Shown: in pieces, positions 19,537 through 30,043 of the stretch | Position numbering within the stretch: the first letter of the stretch is position 1 | How the letters are laid out: each line of letters starts with the position of its first letter | Sequence record: OR805293.1 | Length of the DNA stretch: 64,000 bases | Strand: one strand, 5' to 3' | Position numbers and translations under genes: made by a program | Notes under the pieces: generated by a model | What the model was told of the DNA's origin: nothing | Database searches by the model: none | The model's input: only the letters and a program-made list of their open reading frames with translations

Positions 19537-19755
19537 ATGAGAATATTTGTTATGTGTACAGATGCCGGTCCTTCACCGGCATTTTGGCAAGAACTAAACT
19601 GCGGAATAACCTATGACACTAAAGATGCGTGTGGCGATTTCAGTGTTAATGACATATTCAATGTATTAGTAAAAAAAGTAAACATAGTGTTATGTGCGAA
19701 TGTGTCCAACTACGAGATATTAAGCTATTCTAGGTTCTTAAAATCATGCACATAA
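19537..19755 (+). CDS. hypothetical protein
   Basis: ORF track. Confidence 0.6.
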   Translation: MRIFVMCTDAGPSPAFWQELNCGITYDTKDACGDFSVNDIFNVLVKKVNIVLCANVSNYEILSYSRFLKSCT

Positions 19756-20018
19756 CTAACCTATGTAAACTATGTTCCATGTATCAATATCTCGAAATCA
19801 TCATGGAAAATCTGCAGGACAAAACAACATCAATTATAATTAGATTCGAAGTACCGACAGAGTATGGTAATATTTCGTCTTTCATATTTCATTTTAAAGT
19901 ACATAAGGAAACAACTAAAATAACTAATAATCTAAGTGATTATTCTAATAGAATAAATCATTTACATAACAGTTATATTAGATGGATTAATAACCCAAGA
20001 ATGAAACTTTATAAATGA
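19746..20018 (+). CDS. hypothetical protein
   Basis: ORF track. Confidence 0.45.
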   Translation: MHITNLCKLCSMYQYLEIIMENLQDKTTSIIIRFEVPTEYGNISSFIFHFKVHKETTKITNNLSDYSNRINHLHNSYIRWINNPRMKLYK

Positions 20019-20176
20019 TAAAAATATTTAAAATACAGATGCATTTAGAACATATAGTATATGATCATTTAGCTATATATACTATAGATTCATCATCATC
20101 AGCCATCGTTTTTATTAATTTAAATAATCCTAAACCCATATGGAACACTCATTATAAACATTAAAGAGAATAATGA

Positions 20177-20527
20177 ATGAACTTTGAGTATGTATTTAAA
20201 TTAATCAATCTACTAAAAGTTTCTAGTTCGATAGAATGTATTTCGTTATCTAAATTTTATAACGACTACGGCGTATATATAGAATACAAAAATAATAAAA
20301 AACTGCATCGCTTGTTAGACCATAACATTACTAGCCCAATCAACATTATAGAAGAAGAACTAGAACGCATAATTAGAATTTCTGCATCTAATGTGAAAAT
20401 ATCACCAGTGTACAATCGTGCTACCCAAAAAGAAATATTAAATATGTGGATAAATTATACATTAATTTGGCGAAGAACATTTTATTCTAGTGCATATACA
20501 ATGCAACCGTATTTGAAGGTAAAATAA
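20177..20527 (+). CDS. hypothetical protein
   Basis: ORF track. Confidence 0.6.
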   Translation: MNFEYVFKLINLLKVSSSIECISLSKFYNDYGVYIEYKNNKKLHRLLDHNITSPINIIEEELERIIRISASNVKISPVYNRATQKEILNMWINYTLIWRRTFYSSAYTMQPYLKVK

Positions 20528-20707
20528 ATGACAATAGACGAATTTCTAGAACAATTAGACTGTGCATGTACTGATGGCAATTGCATATTTCGCCCATCGC
20601 ATCGGAAAGGAATGGTAACTAACGGTGGTTGTAAGTGTATAATAGACAGAAATAAACACACTAATGTACTGAGGTATATTAATTTCTTAAAATCTAAAAT
20701 AAAATGA
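20528..20707 (+). CDS. small Cys-rich protein (59 aa, not in ORF track)
   Basis: MTIDEFLEQLDCACTDGNCIFRPSHRKGMVTNGGCKC...; abuts upstream stop and overlaps next ATG. Confidence 0.7.
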   Translation: MTIDEFLEQLDCACTDGNCIFRPSHRKGMVTNGGCKCIIDRNKHTNVLRYINFLKSKIK

Positions 20708-20922
20708 TAGATTACATCTTTAAATTAAGTTCCTATTGTTTAATTTTTATAGATTCATCACGCCATTATGGTGTACACTACGATCTGGCAGAATATTTTT
20801 CAGACGGTTCTATATGGTATAAATGGTCTTATGAGACCACTTCGCACAACGATACTCAGTATAATAAAGGAAAATACACAAAAAGTTTTATATACTTAAT
20901 GGAAGGAAAATATTCAGCATGA
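20704..20922 (+). CDS. small hypothetical protein
   Basis: ATGA-coupled at both ends. Confidence 0.55.
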   Translation: MIDYIFKLSSYCLIFIDSSRHYGVHYDLAEYFSDGSIWYKWSYETTSHNDTQYNKGKYTKSFIYLMEGKYSA

Positions 20923-21437
20923 AAGGGTATGATTTAATTAAAGAATATTATGGTACCCGGGTTGCTAAACGTTCCGGGATTCCGTTAATGAACCATATAG
21001 ATGAAGGTCTAAAAATTTTAGATACAATAAATTCTTCATACGAAGTAAAAGAAGCATTTTGTTTACATCCTTTGCTCCAAAATAACGAAGAATTTGAAAA
21101 TAACTATGATTTAGTAGTAAGCACAGGCGGCCTGGTAACAAAAAGTATTCTTCTTGCAATGGAATATAGACACAAAGCAAATACATATTTGTGTAAAAAA
21201 GAAACAGATCATTGGACAGTTGAATATGCATCTAAAAAAATAGGTCATATTATTCATCCTGTAAAAGAAATGCTAATAGCAGATAAGGTTCAAAATTTCA
21301 AAGATTTTAAAATATATCATAAAGACACCCACAAAAGATCTCATCAGTTATCTAAATATTTTAAAAATTGGCTAACAATCTTAGAAATATCTGACGTCGA
21401 CGCTAAAGATTTAGAACAAGTGTGTTATAAAGATTAA
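20919..21437 (+). CDS. HD-domain-like phosphohydrolase with degenerate HD motif
   Basis: PLMNHIDEG, CLHPLLQ, LIADKVQN resemble RelA/SpoT-type HD motifs. Confidence 0.5.
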   Translation: MKGYDLIKEYYGTRVAKRSGIPLMNHIDEGLKILDTINSSYEVKEAFCLHPLLQNNEEFENNYDLVVSTGGLVTKSILLAMEYRHKANTYLCKKETDHWTVEYASKKIGHIIHPVKEMLIADKVQNFKDFKIYHKDTHKRSHQLSKYFKNWLTILEISDVDAKDLEQVCYKD

Positions 21438-21498
21438 CACACATTAGATTTATAAATGCAATGCCACTAAATATCTTTAATTATGTAGGAGATATATT

Positions 21499-22137
21499 AT
21501 GTGGCAACAGCGTTGGGCATTAGTTGGAGACTCTATCCAGGCATGGGTATTAGAAAATAGTAATAGTGGTATTATTCCGAGGGCAGATAAACTCACTGCA
21601 TCTATGATACCGTTTAAAGTAAACGCATCTATACAGAACGTGTCTGTCCCGGGCATGCGTTTAGCAAAAGGAACTGATCCTAGTGATCCGTTTGATATTT
21701 CTTCATTAAGCAAATTACATGGATTTTTCGGGTTAAACGGAGTTGTGTGTACATTAGGTACAAATGACTACGGAAGTCCATATGTAACTACAGTCGATTA
21801 TTTTCATGCTTTAACTGATTTTTTGAATGCAGCAATATCGTTAACCATACCTGTTGTAATTGTTTCGCCTATATGGCGACAAGATAAGGATACATCTGTA
21901 TTAAAATACGACGGAACGACTAATGTACTTGCAGATTTTCAAAATACAGCACAATGGGTTACTTCACTTGTTTCTGCTAATAATAGTAATGTCTATTTTA
22001 TAGATGGGAAACAAGCACCTGTCCAAAATGCAACATATTTTGGTGATGGATTGCATTTAAATGCTGCCGGACATGCTAAGTTTTGCACATGGTTAGTAAA
22101 TGAAATGAAATCCAAAAATCTTTGGCAACAATATTAA
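21499..22137 (+). CDS. SGNH/GDSL hydrolase (esterase)
   Basis: Blocks LVGDSI, NVSVPG, LGTND, DGLHLNAAGH; AGGAG RBS. Confidence 0.9.
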   Translation: MWQQRWALVGDSIQAWVLENSNSGIIPRADKLTASMIPFKVNASIQNVSVPGMRLAKGTDPSDPFDISSLSKLHGFFGLNGVVCTLGTNDYGSPYVTTVDYFHALTDFLNAAISLTIPVVIVSPIWRQDKDTSVLKYDGTTNVLADFQNTAQWVTSLVSANNSNVYFIDGKQAPVQNATYFGDGLHLNAAGHAKFCTWLVNEMKSKNLWQQY

Positions 22138-22138
22138 T

Positions 22139-22170
22139 AAAACATTGCCCGCTAATGCGGGCAATGTTTT
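22139..22170 (+). terminator. intrinsic terminator
   Basis: AAAACATTGCCCGC-taat-GCGGGCAATGTTTT. Confidence 0.85.
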
Positions 22171-22243
22171 ATTGTATTTTTATTTTTCTTATGCTATTAT
22201 ACAAATAATAAATAATGGACGTTTAATAACAAGGAAATGTTTT

Positions 22244-22474
22244 ATGAGTTCAGAATTTGATATAGATGACAGCGGACTTGCTGAAACCCACGAACAAATT
22301 GTAGAAAAAGCTGTAAGTAAAATACGAAAAGAAATGGCAAGAAATTCTGGCTATACCGAATGTATAGATTGCGGAGAAGAAATAGGAGAAGAAAGAAAAC
22401 GTATACTGCCAAGCGCAACAAAATGTGTGGAATGCCAGTCGTTGTTTGATCTGAGAAATAAGTTATACAAATGA
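22244..22474 (+). CDS. DksA/TraR C4-type zinc finger protein
   Basis: CIDCGEEIGEERKRILPSATKCVECQ; 76 aa from ATG 22244 after AAGGAA. Confidence 0.9.
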   Translation: MSSEFDIDDSGLAETHEQIVEKAVSKIRKEMARNSGYTECIDCGEEIGEERKRILPSATKCVECQSLFDLRNKLYK

Positions 22475-23294
22475 ATCTATCATTATTATGTAAATTATCT
22501 AGAGTAGTTAGAAATAGTACAATCGTTATTTCTATTGAATATTCTAATTTTTTTATTTCCATTTTTAATAAAATATATAGTTTAATAAGAATTGATATTG
22601 CTTCTAATTTAGTTACATGTTGCTTATCACCGACTGTTATAAACCTATTATCGTTTTGTATAGAAGAAAGAAATGAAAATAAATCTAAAAAAGATAATAA
22701 CACTAAACAAACTTAGTTGAACATTATAAGATTATATTTAGAAAACAAATATAACCCGAATGTCTCTAATTACATCATAACGTATTAATAGATATAATAT
22801 ATTAAGAATCTAAGCAATAAATATTTGCATATAAGAAGGATTCTAATATGTCATATAATCCAAATTTCAATACCTCTATTATAGGATTATCGTATAATTC
22901 TATAAAATTACATATAGTAGAACATGTACAAAAAGACATAAAAGGTAATACAGTTTACATTATATCATTTGTAAATGATTTTGGATTTATTTTTGCTAAA
23001 GTAAAAACTAAATATGATCCTAAAACTGTCTTATAATGCACGCCAAATATGCATAGAACCAAGTACCATATATACATGTATATGGGTCCGGGGAGAAAAG
23101 GGGATAGTTTTGTATAGACGTATGATTTATGATACAAAATCGATGAGTATAGGCAATTATGATTATACAACTTATATTTCGCATGAAATAGGGGGCTTAG
23201 GCTGGACCAGTTATAAGAATTTAAAAAAATGCTAGATTTCGTTGCTATAAAACAGTATACTAAACACTCAACACATTAACTAGCAGAGGTAAAC

Positions 23295-23444
23295 GTGGAT
23301 AATATCAAATCGTGCAAATGCGCACATGATTTCCAGGACAGTGTGTACGGCAAAGGTAATCGTGTGCATAACGTGTTTACTAAGGGATATCGTTGCACCG
23401 TTTGCGGTAAAGAAGTTATTACTTCTTCCACTGGCAAGAAGTAA
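23295..23444 (+). CDS. small zinc-binding protein (49 aa, not in ORF track)
   Basis: GAGGT RBS, GTG start; CKCAHDFQDSVYGKGNRVHN...RCTVCG; own promoter and terminator. Confidence 0.8.
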   Translation: MDNIKSCKCAHDFQDSVYGKGNRVHNVFTKGYRCTVCGKEVITSSTGKK

Positions 23445-23450
23445 AATATA

Positions 23451-23476
23451 AAAAAGGGCACACTGTGCCCTTTTTT
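23451..23476 (+). terminator. intrinsic terminator
   Basis: AAAAAGGGCAC-act-GTGCCCTTTTT. Confidence 0.85.
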
Positions 23477-23566
23477 AATAGTAAGAAACAAAGTAAGTCA
23501 TGCATTCAACTATCCATATTATACACTGTGCATTCTAATACACAGTGTATTGTTGCGAGTAATTAA

Positions 23567-23788
23567 ATGTCAACGACGCCTAGGGGAAAGAAAACTAAAA
23601 TAACATGCAATAATATAGAATGTAATAATGTATTCGAAGTAAGAATTGCCGATGTTAAAAGAGGTTGGGGACTATATTGTTCTAAGTCTTGTAAACAAAC
23701 TGCACAAGAGCAACAACGGCAAATGATAAAAAAATTATCCGGAGAACATTTGTTACCGAAGAATAAGCGAAGAAAAAAGTATTGGTAA
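23567..23788 (+). CDS. small zinc-finger protein
   Basis: CNNIEC ... RGWGLYCSKSC. Confidence 0.7.
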   Translation: MSTTPRGKKTKITCNNIECNNVFEVRIADVKRGWGLYCSKSCKQTAQEQQRQMIKKLSGEHLLPKNKRRKKYW

Positions 23789-23962
23789 GAGGTATAGTAT
23801 GAATTTAATACTAAACTATTCAATTTGTGCAAATACTACAGCTATAACTTTTTATATTTTCGGATTAAACATTAAAAAGGCATGGGTATACGTTACAAAG
23901 TCAGATAAGTATGGTAGGTATTTGTACGTATCTCAAGACGGATGTATGGGTGTCTTTCCTGA

Positions 23963-24259
23963 ATGGCAAATATAATTAAAATGAAACCGGTATTGTACTA
24001 TGTAGGTGATAATCCCAAAGGGGCATTTTTGTGCGAAATTTATGGCAAGGAATACCCATTTATCAATAATGAAACTAGATTTATTAAAGTTAATTCTATT
24101 TTTTATATATCTTTTATATCTGCTAAGTATACATATATAAAATTTCTAGTTAGATATAGATTTGTTACATGGAGGTTATACGACACTGATATTTATATTT
24201 CCTTTAGTAGAGCTATGACATCCGTTGAGCGGGAAATTAATAAAATAAGAGGAATTTAA
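23963..24259 (+). CDS. hypothetical protein
   Basis: ORF track. Confidence 0.55.
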   Translation: MANIIKMKPVLYYVGDNPKGAFLCEIYGKEYPFINNETRFIKVNSIFYISFISAKYTYIKFLVRYRFVTWRLYDTDIYISFSRAMTSVEREINKIRGI

Positions 24260-24395
24260 AAAATGCGTTATTTTGCACGTTTGCATTATGCTATACGCAA
24301 GTTTGCAATAACGTGCAAACGCATGTATAACGCTAATACAGCTAACAATACAGTGCATAAAAACATGTACAGCATACTAGCGTTACAACGCATAT
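24253..24395. other. GA/TC-free (also GG/CC-free) tract with promoter TTGCAA-17-TATAAC (24303-24331)
   Basis: 143 nt with no GA, TC, GG or CC. Confidence 0.85.
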
Positions 24396-24562
24396 CGTTG
24401 AACTATAAATGTATATATATCTGGAGCAATATGGTATTCTTGTCAGTCACTACTGATGATACCTTAACTACATATCATATATATAGAAAAAGTTTAAGAA
24501 CTGGTTTAGAATCGTGTAATTTTTCTTATGTACTTGGATTAGTTATGAAGGAAGGATATTAG
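24365..24562 (+). CDS. small hypothetical protein (ILxLQ family)
   Basis: MYSILALQRI start; the upstream ORF extension is the promoter tract. Confidence 0.5.
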   Translation: MYSILALQRISLNYKCIYIWSNMVFLSVTTDDTLTTYHIYRKSLRTGLESCNFSYVLGLVMKEGY

Positions 24563-24564
24563 GT

Positions 24565-25176
24565 TTGATTAAGTTAGTAAAACCCATTGCATATTATGGA
24601 CAGAAATTTGGTATCGCTGTTTCGGGCGGTATTGATTCTATGGTTGCATTGTCCTTCTTAAAGAAATATCCACAAAATAACTTCGATGTCTTTCATGTAA
24701 ACCACGGATCGGAGTATGATATCAAAGCAGAGCAATTTGTGAGAGATTATTGCAGCGACAATAAAATAAATTGCCATGTATACTGCATTAACACAAAAAA
24801 ACCAAAAGGTTGTAGTTGGGAAGAACATTGGCGAAACGAACGATATAAATTTCTTCACTCTCATGAATTAGAAATCATGACTGCACATACACTAGACGAC
24901 AACGTAGAGACGTGGTTGTTTTATAGTATGCACGGTTCGCCTCGTATCATTCCGTATCGGAAAAAAAATGTCATCCGACCGTTTATGCTTACTACAAAAA
25001 ACGAATTTAAAAAATATGCGAAAAGTAATGGTGTACAATGGTTAGAAGATCCTAGTAACCGAGACACCAATTTTAATAGAAATCAAATTCGACATAATAT
25101 AATTCCTCAAGCACTTAAAGTAAATCCAGGATTGTTTAAAGTGATTGCAAAAAAAGTAAGAGAAGAGAATGAATAA
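24565..25176 (+). CDS. tilS: tRNA(Ile)-lysidine synthetase, N-terminal catalytic domain only
   Basis: PP-loop AVSGGIDS, HVNHG, RNERYKFL, TAHTLDDNVET, IRPFM, WLEDPSN, RNQIRHNIIP. Confidence 0.93.
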   Translation: MIKLVKPIAYYGQKFGIAVSGGIDSMVALSFLKKYPQNNFDVFHVNHGSEYDIKAEQFVRDYCSDNKINCHVYCINTKKPKGCSWEEHWRNERYKFLHSHELEIMTAHTLDDNVETWLFYSMHGSPRIIPYRKKNVIRPFMLTTKNEFKKYAKSNGVQWLEDPSNRDTNFNRNQIRHNIIPQALKVNPGLFKVIAKKVREENE

Positions 25177-25284
25177 ACGTTTACTTTTAACAATGTTTGT
25201 TATTTCTATTCAAGCGAGGAATTATTATATAATACCATATGCCGGTATTAAAAATAAACTTGTGTTTATTTTATCTAGTAGCAA

Positions 25285-25632
25285 ATGAATACTATAATAA
25301 CGCTAAGTGCTTTGCAGGAAACAATACAAAGAGACGAATGGTCAGACCGCTATCATTTTGTTATTAAAGATAGGTATGGTAGTGATATATTGTATTGTAT
25401 AGAATACGAAAATTCATTACAGTCGTGGTTTATAGACTATACATATAACAATAGTTTGATATACTTAGATATATTTAAAATTCAGCTATTAACACAAAAA
25501 ATATCATCTTATACTAGTAACAGAACAGTAGTATTATTATCAGACAGTATCTCGAATGTAATTTTATATTACGAAATAGCAAATGATAGTATTAGTAGTA
25601 AAAATTATTCATCCGAAATAGTATTAACATAA
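25285..25632 (+). CDS. array small protein
   Basis: ORF track; family-like. Confidence 0.55.
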   Translation: MNTIITLSALQETIQRDEWSDRYHFVIKDRYGSDILYCIEYENSLQSWFIDYTYNNSLIYLDIFKIQLLTQKISSYTSNRTVVLLSDSISNVILYYEIANDSISSKNYSSEIVLT

Positions 25633-25845
25633 CTGAATGTATTTTAGTATAAGACCATAACGCACCCATTTGCATTTAAATTCCAAACTAAAACTATAAC
25701 CTCTTTATGTATATTCTTATTATTGCAATTCTAGTAAAATCTGTACAACTATTACTGAGTTAGATGTACAGGACAAAGAACAGCAAAATGCTTGACTATC
25801 CATTCGTGTTAGGTTAATTTAACAAAATTATATAAGGTATTTTAA

Positions 25846-26178
25846 GTGTTTATCATTAAATTACAAAGCAATTGTGACAAAATAGAAATAGATAACTCAA
25901 AATACAATTACGGGTTTTTTATTGTTAACTCAGAAAACATGAAAGTATTCCATTACAGTAACAAAGAATCGTCTTTGTATTCTATGTTTGCAAAAAATCT
26001 ACATATCAATGTATTTTTGGTGTCTACCTTGTGTTGTATTATATGTTTCGACTATCCTACTTTATACTTAGAAATGGAATCAAACCGTGCAGTAGCATTA
26101 GGTATAAATCCATGTTTCTTAAATATAGATGTACAAGGTTCTCGGTTCCATAATTGGGATCCGATGTGTTTTGTATAA
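25846..26178 (+). CDS. array small protein
   Basis: MFIIKLQSNC start. Confidence 0.6.
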   Translation: MFIIKLQSNCDKIEIDNSKYNYGFFIVNSENMKVFHYSNKESSLYSMFAKNLHINVFLVSTLCCIICFDYPTLYLEMESNRAVALGINPCFLNIDVQGSRFHNWDPMCFV

Positions 26179-26226
26179 ACATGTGATATAATTTGTGTTT
26201 AGTCATTTCTTAAATAAGGTATCGAA

Positions 26227-26568
26227 ATGAAAGAAAACAATATACTAGAAATGCAAGCAGGATGCTCAAACGTGGCTGTTATAGGTAACAGTGTTATAAG
26301 TATAGAAGGATTATATGACAAACCAACAAAAACATTAAACTTTTTTGTAAGATATAATTTAAACCATGATTCAGAGTACTTATCATACATTTACACATTT
26401 AAAAATGATATATGTGTACTGTCTTTATCTAGTAAATGTTTTATGATTAAAATAGCCCCAGAGGTGTATTATAAAACTAGATCTGTATGTATTATTAATA
26501 ATATAGGAAGTGGATTGTTATATAGTTACAAAAATCACACATGGGCTCGGACATGCGTTCTAATATAG
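26227..26568 (+). CDS. array small protein
   Basis: NILEMQAGC start. Confidence 0.6.
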   Translation: MKENNILEMQAGCSNVAVIGNSVISIEGLYDKPTKTLNFFVRYNLNHDSEYLSYIYTFKNDICVLSLSSKCFMIKIAPEVYYKTRSVCIINNIGSGLLYSYKNHTWARTCVLI

Positions 26569-26900
26569 AAAAAATTTATTATATTTCTAAAAATACACGA
26601 AGTATAAAGGTAATGGACCATACAATCACTATATGGTCGTTATATATTTCACCTAATATTACTATAATTTTATGGGCAACTAATTTAACTACAGGATTAT
26701 GTACCTTAAAATATAAAAATGAATTCAAAATAGATTTATTTAAATTAGTCAATACAGTGTATTATATAGAAAACAAATATAGAAACAGCACATATGTATT
26801 AAATGATGTATTGCACAATACTATATGCTCTGTGGGTATATTAAGACCCCGTATTGCAGATGAAGTATATTGCAGATATAGAATATCGTATGTCAGCTAA
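26541..26900 (+). CDS. array small protein
   Basis: ORF track. Confidence 0.55.
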   Translation: MGSDMRSNIEKIYYISKNTRSIKVMDHTITIWSLYISPNITIILWATNLTTGLCTLKYKNEFKIDLFKLVNTVYYIENKYRNSTYVLNDVLHNTICSVGILRPRIADEVYCRYRISYVS

Positions 26901-27049
26901 CATTACATATATTGTATCAATTACTGCTAGATGCACATCTATATATGAAGATGCGTATAGTGATTTCGTTATATTTTGTATAGCAGATGTATTTGGTAGT
27001 TATATAATTCAATATATGACAGAACGCAACAATAGGTTTATAGCTGTAT

Positions 27050-27358
27050 ATGAATATACATTTTCTACAATATGATATGTCTGATTCAAGTATATTATGC
27101 AATATAACAAGATATTCGTATACAATAAGACTGAGTCATTTTGTTATATCCGGAATGGGTAGGCCTATAACAAAAGTTGTATCCAGTATACTGTGTACTC
27201 CTATTCATATAATAGATGTGTGTAATGTTTCGCATCGTGCAAGAGATACGATTTTTTCGTACAATGACACCCAATTACGCAGTTCTTTGCATTTGTTTTC
27301 TATATCATTTTGGAAGTTAAAAGCATATACTATGATAAACGTATCCTACATAATATGA
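27050..27358 (+). CDS. array small protein
   Basis: MNIHFLQ start. Confidence 0.5.
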   Translation: MNIHFLQYDMSDSSILCNITRYSYTIRLSHFVISGMGRPITKVVSSILCTPIHIIDVCNVSHRARDTIFSYNDTQLRSSLHLFSISFWKLKAYTMINVSYII

Positions 27359-27849
27359 TATTTCAAAAACCATTTATAGAATTAAATAGTATCCCAGATT
27401 ACACTCATCCGGGCGGATTTGCATACCAACGAAAAAATCATATACACGAAGGCGTAGACCTTTATTGTAAAAATAAAGAACCTGTGTTTACAATGTTATC
27501 GGGTAAAGTAGTTAATATAATAAAAGATTTTACAGGACCGGGGTGCGGAACACCTTGGTGGAATAAAACAAGTGCAATAGTAATAGAAGACGTATTCGGT
27601 GTATGGGTATACGGCGAAATATTAGTAGGAAATTGGATTAACATAGGAGATACTGTACCAGCTGGAACATGTATCGGCAGAGTAGAACAAGTGTTAAAAA
27701 AGAACAAAGGACGTCCTATGTCTATGCTTCACGTAGAACGATATACAAAAGGAACTACAAATTCTATTGGATTATGGCAATTAAATACTAGCAGACCTGA
27801 AAATTTATTAGATCCAACACCTTTGTTACGGCGTATCATAAATGAATAA
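27355..27849 (+). CDS. M23-family (LytM-like) peptidase
   Basis: HEGVDLY (HxxxD), MLHVE, LDPTPLL; ATG 27355 overlaps upstream stop. Confidence 0.85.
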   Translation: MIFQKPFIELNSIPDYTHPGGFAYQRKNHIHEGVDLYCKNKEPVFTMLSGKVVNIIKDFTGPGCGTPWWNKTSAIVIEDVFGVWVYGEILVGNWINIGDTVPAGTCIGRVEQVLKKNKGRPMSMLHVERYTKGTTNSIGLWQLNTSRPENLLDPTPLLRRIINE

Positions 27850-28183
27850 TATATTATATATTCAGAATTTTATAAGAAGTAGAAAATTAGAAGCAGAATA
27901 CGGATGTATAGTTACCATTAATAATAATACAGGAGCTAGAGAATTTACAGCATATCATCTCAAAAACTGGCATAATTGTTCATTTATATCCTATAATAAT
28001 TGCAGTATAGATATTATTGCATTATGTAACCATACACACACGATAGCATATGGAGCAGATAATGCAAGTTTTATAATAAAAAATAATAACAGAAATATAC
28101 TACTGTCAGTAGTTGGTACGAATATGACATATTCGTCTTGTTATTCATCTTCTGTAATTATAAATATTTCTGTTTTATTATAA
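27842..28183 (+). CDS. array small protein
   Basis: MNNILYIQ start. Confidence 0.6.
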   Translation: MNNILYIQNFIRSRKLEAEYGCIVTINNNTGAREFTAYHLKNWHNCSFISYNNCSIDIIALCNHTHTIAYGADNASFIIKNNNRNILLSVVGTNMTYSSCYSSSVIINISVLL

Positions 28184-28184
28184 A

Positions 28185-28508
28185 ATGAATTTAATATTTT
28201 GTATAGCTAGCATTGATAATATACAAATAGGTATAGACCGGTCAATCGGACATATAAACAATATAATATATATTCGAACTAGCCCCTCTAATGATATAAT
28301 CAAATATATAACAGAAGTAAAATATGGTAAAACAGTATCACTTATGTTAAATCTCGATACATCAGTATTTAAAGAATTATTTATTTTTATTTTGTCATGT
28401 AAATGTAAACACATCACTGAACTAAGAATATACGATAAAGTAGTATTTTATTTTTATTCTGATAACAGAAGATCTTTAACAGATTTGTTATATTACATAG
28501 GTCAGTGA
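28185..28508 (+). CDS. array small protein
   Basis: MNLIFCI start. Confidence 0.55.
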   Translation: MNLIFCIASIDNIQIGIDRSIGHINNIIYIRTSPSNDIIKYITEVKYGKTVSLMLNLDTSVFKELFIFILSCKCKHITELRIYDKVVFYFYSDNRRSLTDLLYYIGQ

Positions 28509-28620
28509 CAGTACATTTACAGAAAAATATAATATCTTATGTATTATTCATTATAAAAACTCTGTTGTGTTATTAAGTGTTGTATGTTAGTGTGCAAGTT
28601 AATTAAATGCGGAACACCAA

Positions 28621-28914
28621 ATGGATATTATTCTTTTTATATCAAATAATACATACTATATAATATCAACGAGTAATAGCACATTCTTATTATACAGATT
28701 TGATCAAAAATGTATCTATGTTGCAACAAAAAATCTTAATTCACATCCGGTAGTGATAGACGACGGAAGTAATGGCTGGGGGACAATATATGAGATTCCC
28801 GCACTAGTTCAGTTTTACACAGATATTTTTAAATTTTCTGTGCATCACGAATTAATTCAAATATATGTGCTCACAAAAGTAGGTCAATTTTTCTCTAAGA
28901 TTGTTACTTACTAA
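28621..28914 (+). CDS. array small protein
   Basis: MDIILFISNNT start. Confidence 0.6.
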   Translation: MDIILFISNNTYYIISTSNSTFLLYRFDQKCIYVATKNLNSHPVVIDDGSNGWGTIYEIPALVQFYTDIFKFSVHHELIQIYVLTKVGQFFSKIVTY

Positions 28915-29236
28915 TATAATTGTACAATACATAGGTAATTTGATGGACAATATATTTTATATTTCGTACGAGATAGCTAGTTGCCGGTATTCTAGTCCAA
29001 CTACATTTCAATTAATTAATAAACACAATAGAGAATTTTATGCAATACGTTTGGCTGCAGGATACCCAAGCGACATTTTCGATTTTGATTGGAAACAAAA
29101 AATCTTATTAACGTCTAAATATTGTAATAAGCTTTTATTTCTTATTAGTAGAGAAAAGATACAGGTAACTACCAAGTTAAGGATATTTTATTGCCTTAGT
29201 AACGTATCTGCTAAATCGGATCAAGTTACACTATGA
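28901..29236 (+). CDS. array small protein
   Basis: ORF track. Confidence 0.5.
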   Translation: MLLTNIIVQYIGNLMDNIFYISYEIASCRYSSPTTFQLINKHNREFYAIRLAAGYPSDIFDFDWKQKILLTSKYCNKLLFLISREKIQVTTKLRIFYCLSNVSAKSDQVTL

Positions 29237-29457
29237 ATATCATACCATTAATTTTAATTAGTGTATACTAGTTATTGTGACACTATTAAATATGTCAATT
29301 AGATAAAATAAATTATTAATGAAAAATCTATTTCCTACCGGATGCATATTTAATATATTGGTATTATCTTATCACACAGATACAATATATGCTGCATGTT
29401 ACTCAGATTGTCGTGTTATTGCACTAAACAGTTATTATACATACTATATACCTTTAA

Positions 29458-29718
29458 ATGACTAAATTAATACTTACAATTTCTATTAATACCAAACAGA
29501 TAGCATTATTAAACGATGTTGTGCATTTTCGAAATTATAATAAAGCGGTATACTTTATAAATTTTTTATCTAAATCTAAGTCATTAATTATTGTGGACGA
29601 GTTAATAACAGATAGTTTTATTATCTTTTATATAAGTGAAAATTGTTCCGAAATTTATGTCACCCCTAGATATGCTTTTATATGTAATTTCGATGGGGTT
29701 GGGTTTTTTAGATCATAA
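29458..29718 (+). CDS. array small protein
   Basis: LILTISINT start. Confidence 0.55.
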   Translation: MTKLILTISINTKQIALLNDVVHFRNYNKAVYFINFLSKSKSLIIVDELITDSFIIFYISENCSEIYVTPRYAFICNFDGVGFFRS

Positions 29719-29749
29719 CTAGTTGTGTTAATTAGGATAACTATACTTA

Positions 29750-30043
29750 ATGAAATATGATTTTATATTACATATGAGTAATAACACAAATTGTATTATA
29801 TTCGACACAAGTATTACCTTTGTTGACAACAAAGGTATATTCTTTTATAAAATAATACCAATACACTTGCATGGTATGTGTAATTTTCCTTATATAGATA
29901 ACAGTTGGTCAAACTATATTTCATTACCTATAATTATACAATATTATACAAATAAACTGGTATATTTACCGTCTATTATACTTTTTCGTCAAAATAAATC
30001 TAATATATCAGCAGATACTGTATTTCGTACAAATATGTTATGA
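29750..30043 (+). CDS. array small protein
   Basis: DFILHMSNNT start. Confidence 0.6.
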   Translation: MKYDFILHMSNNTNCIIFDTSITFVDNKGIFFYKIIPIHLHGMCNFPYIDNSWSNYISLPIIIQYYTNKLVYLPSIILFRQNKSNISADTVFRTNML

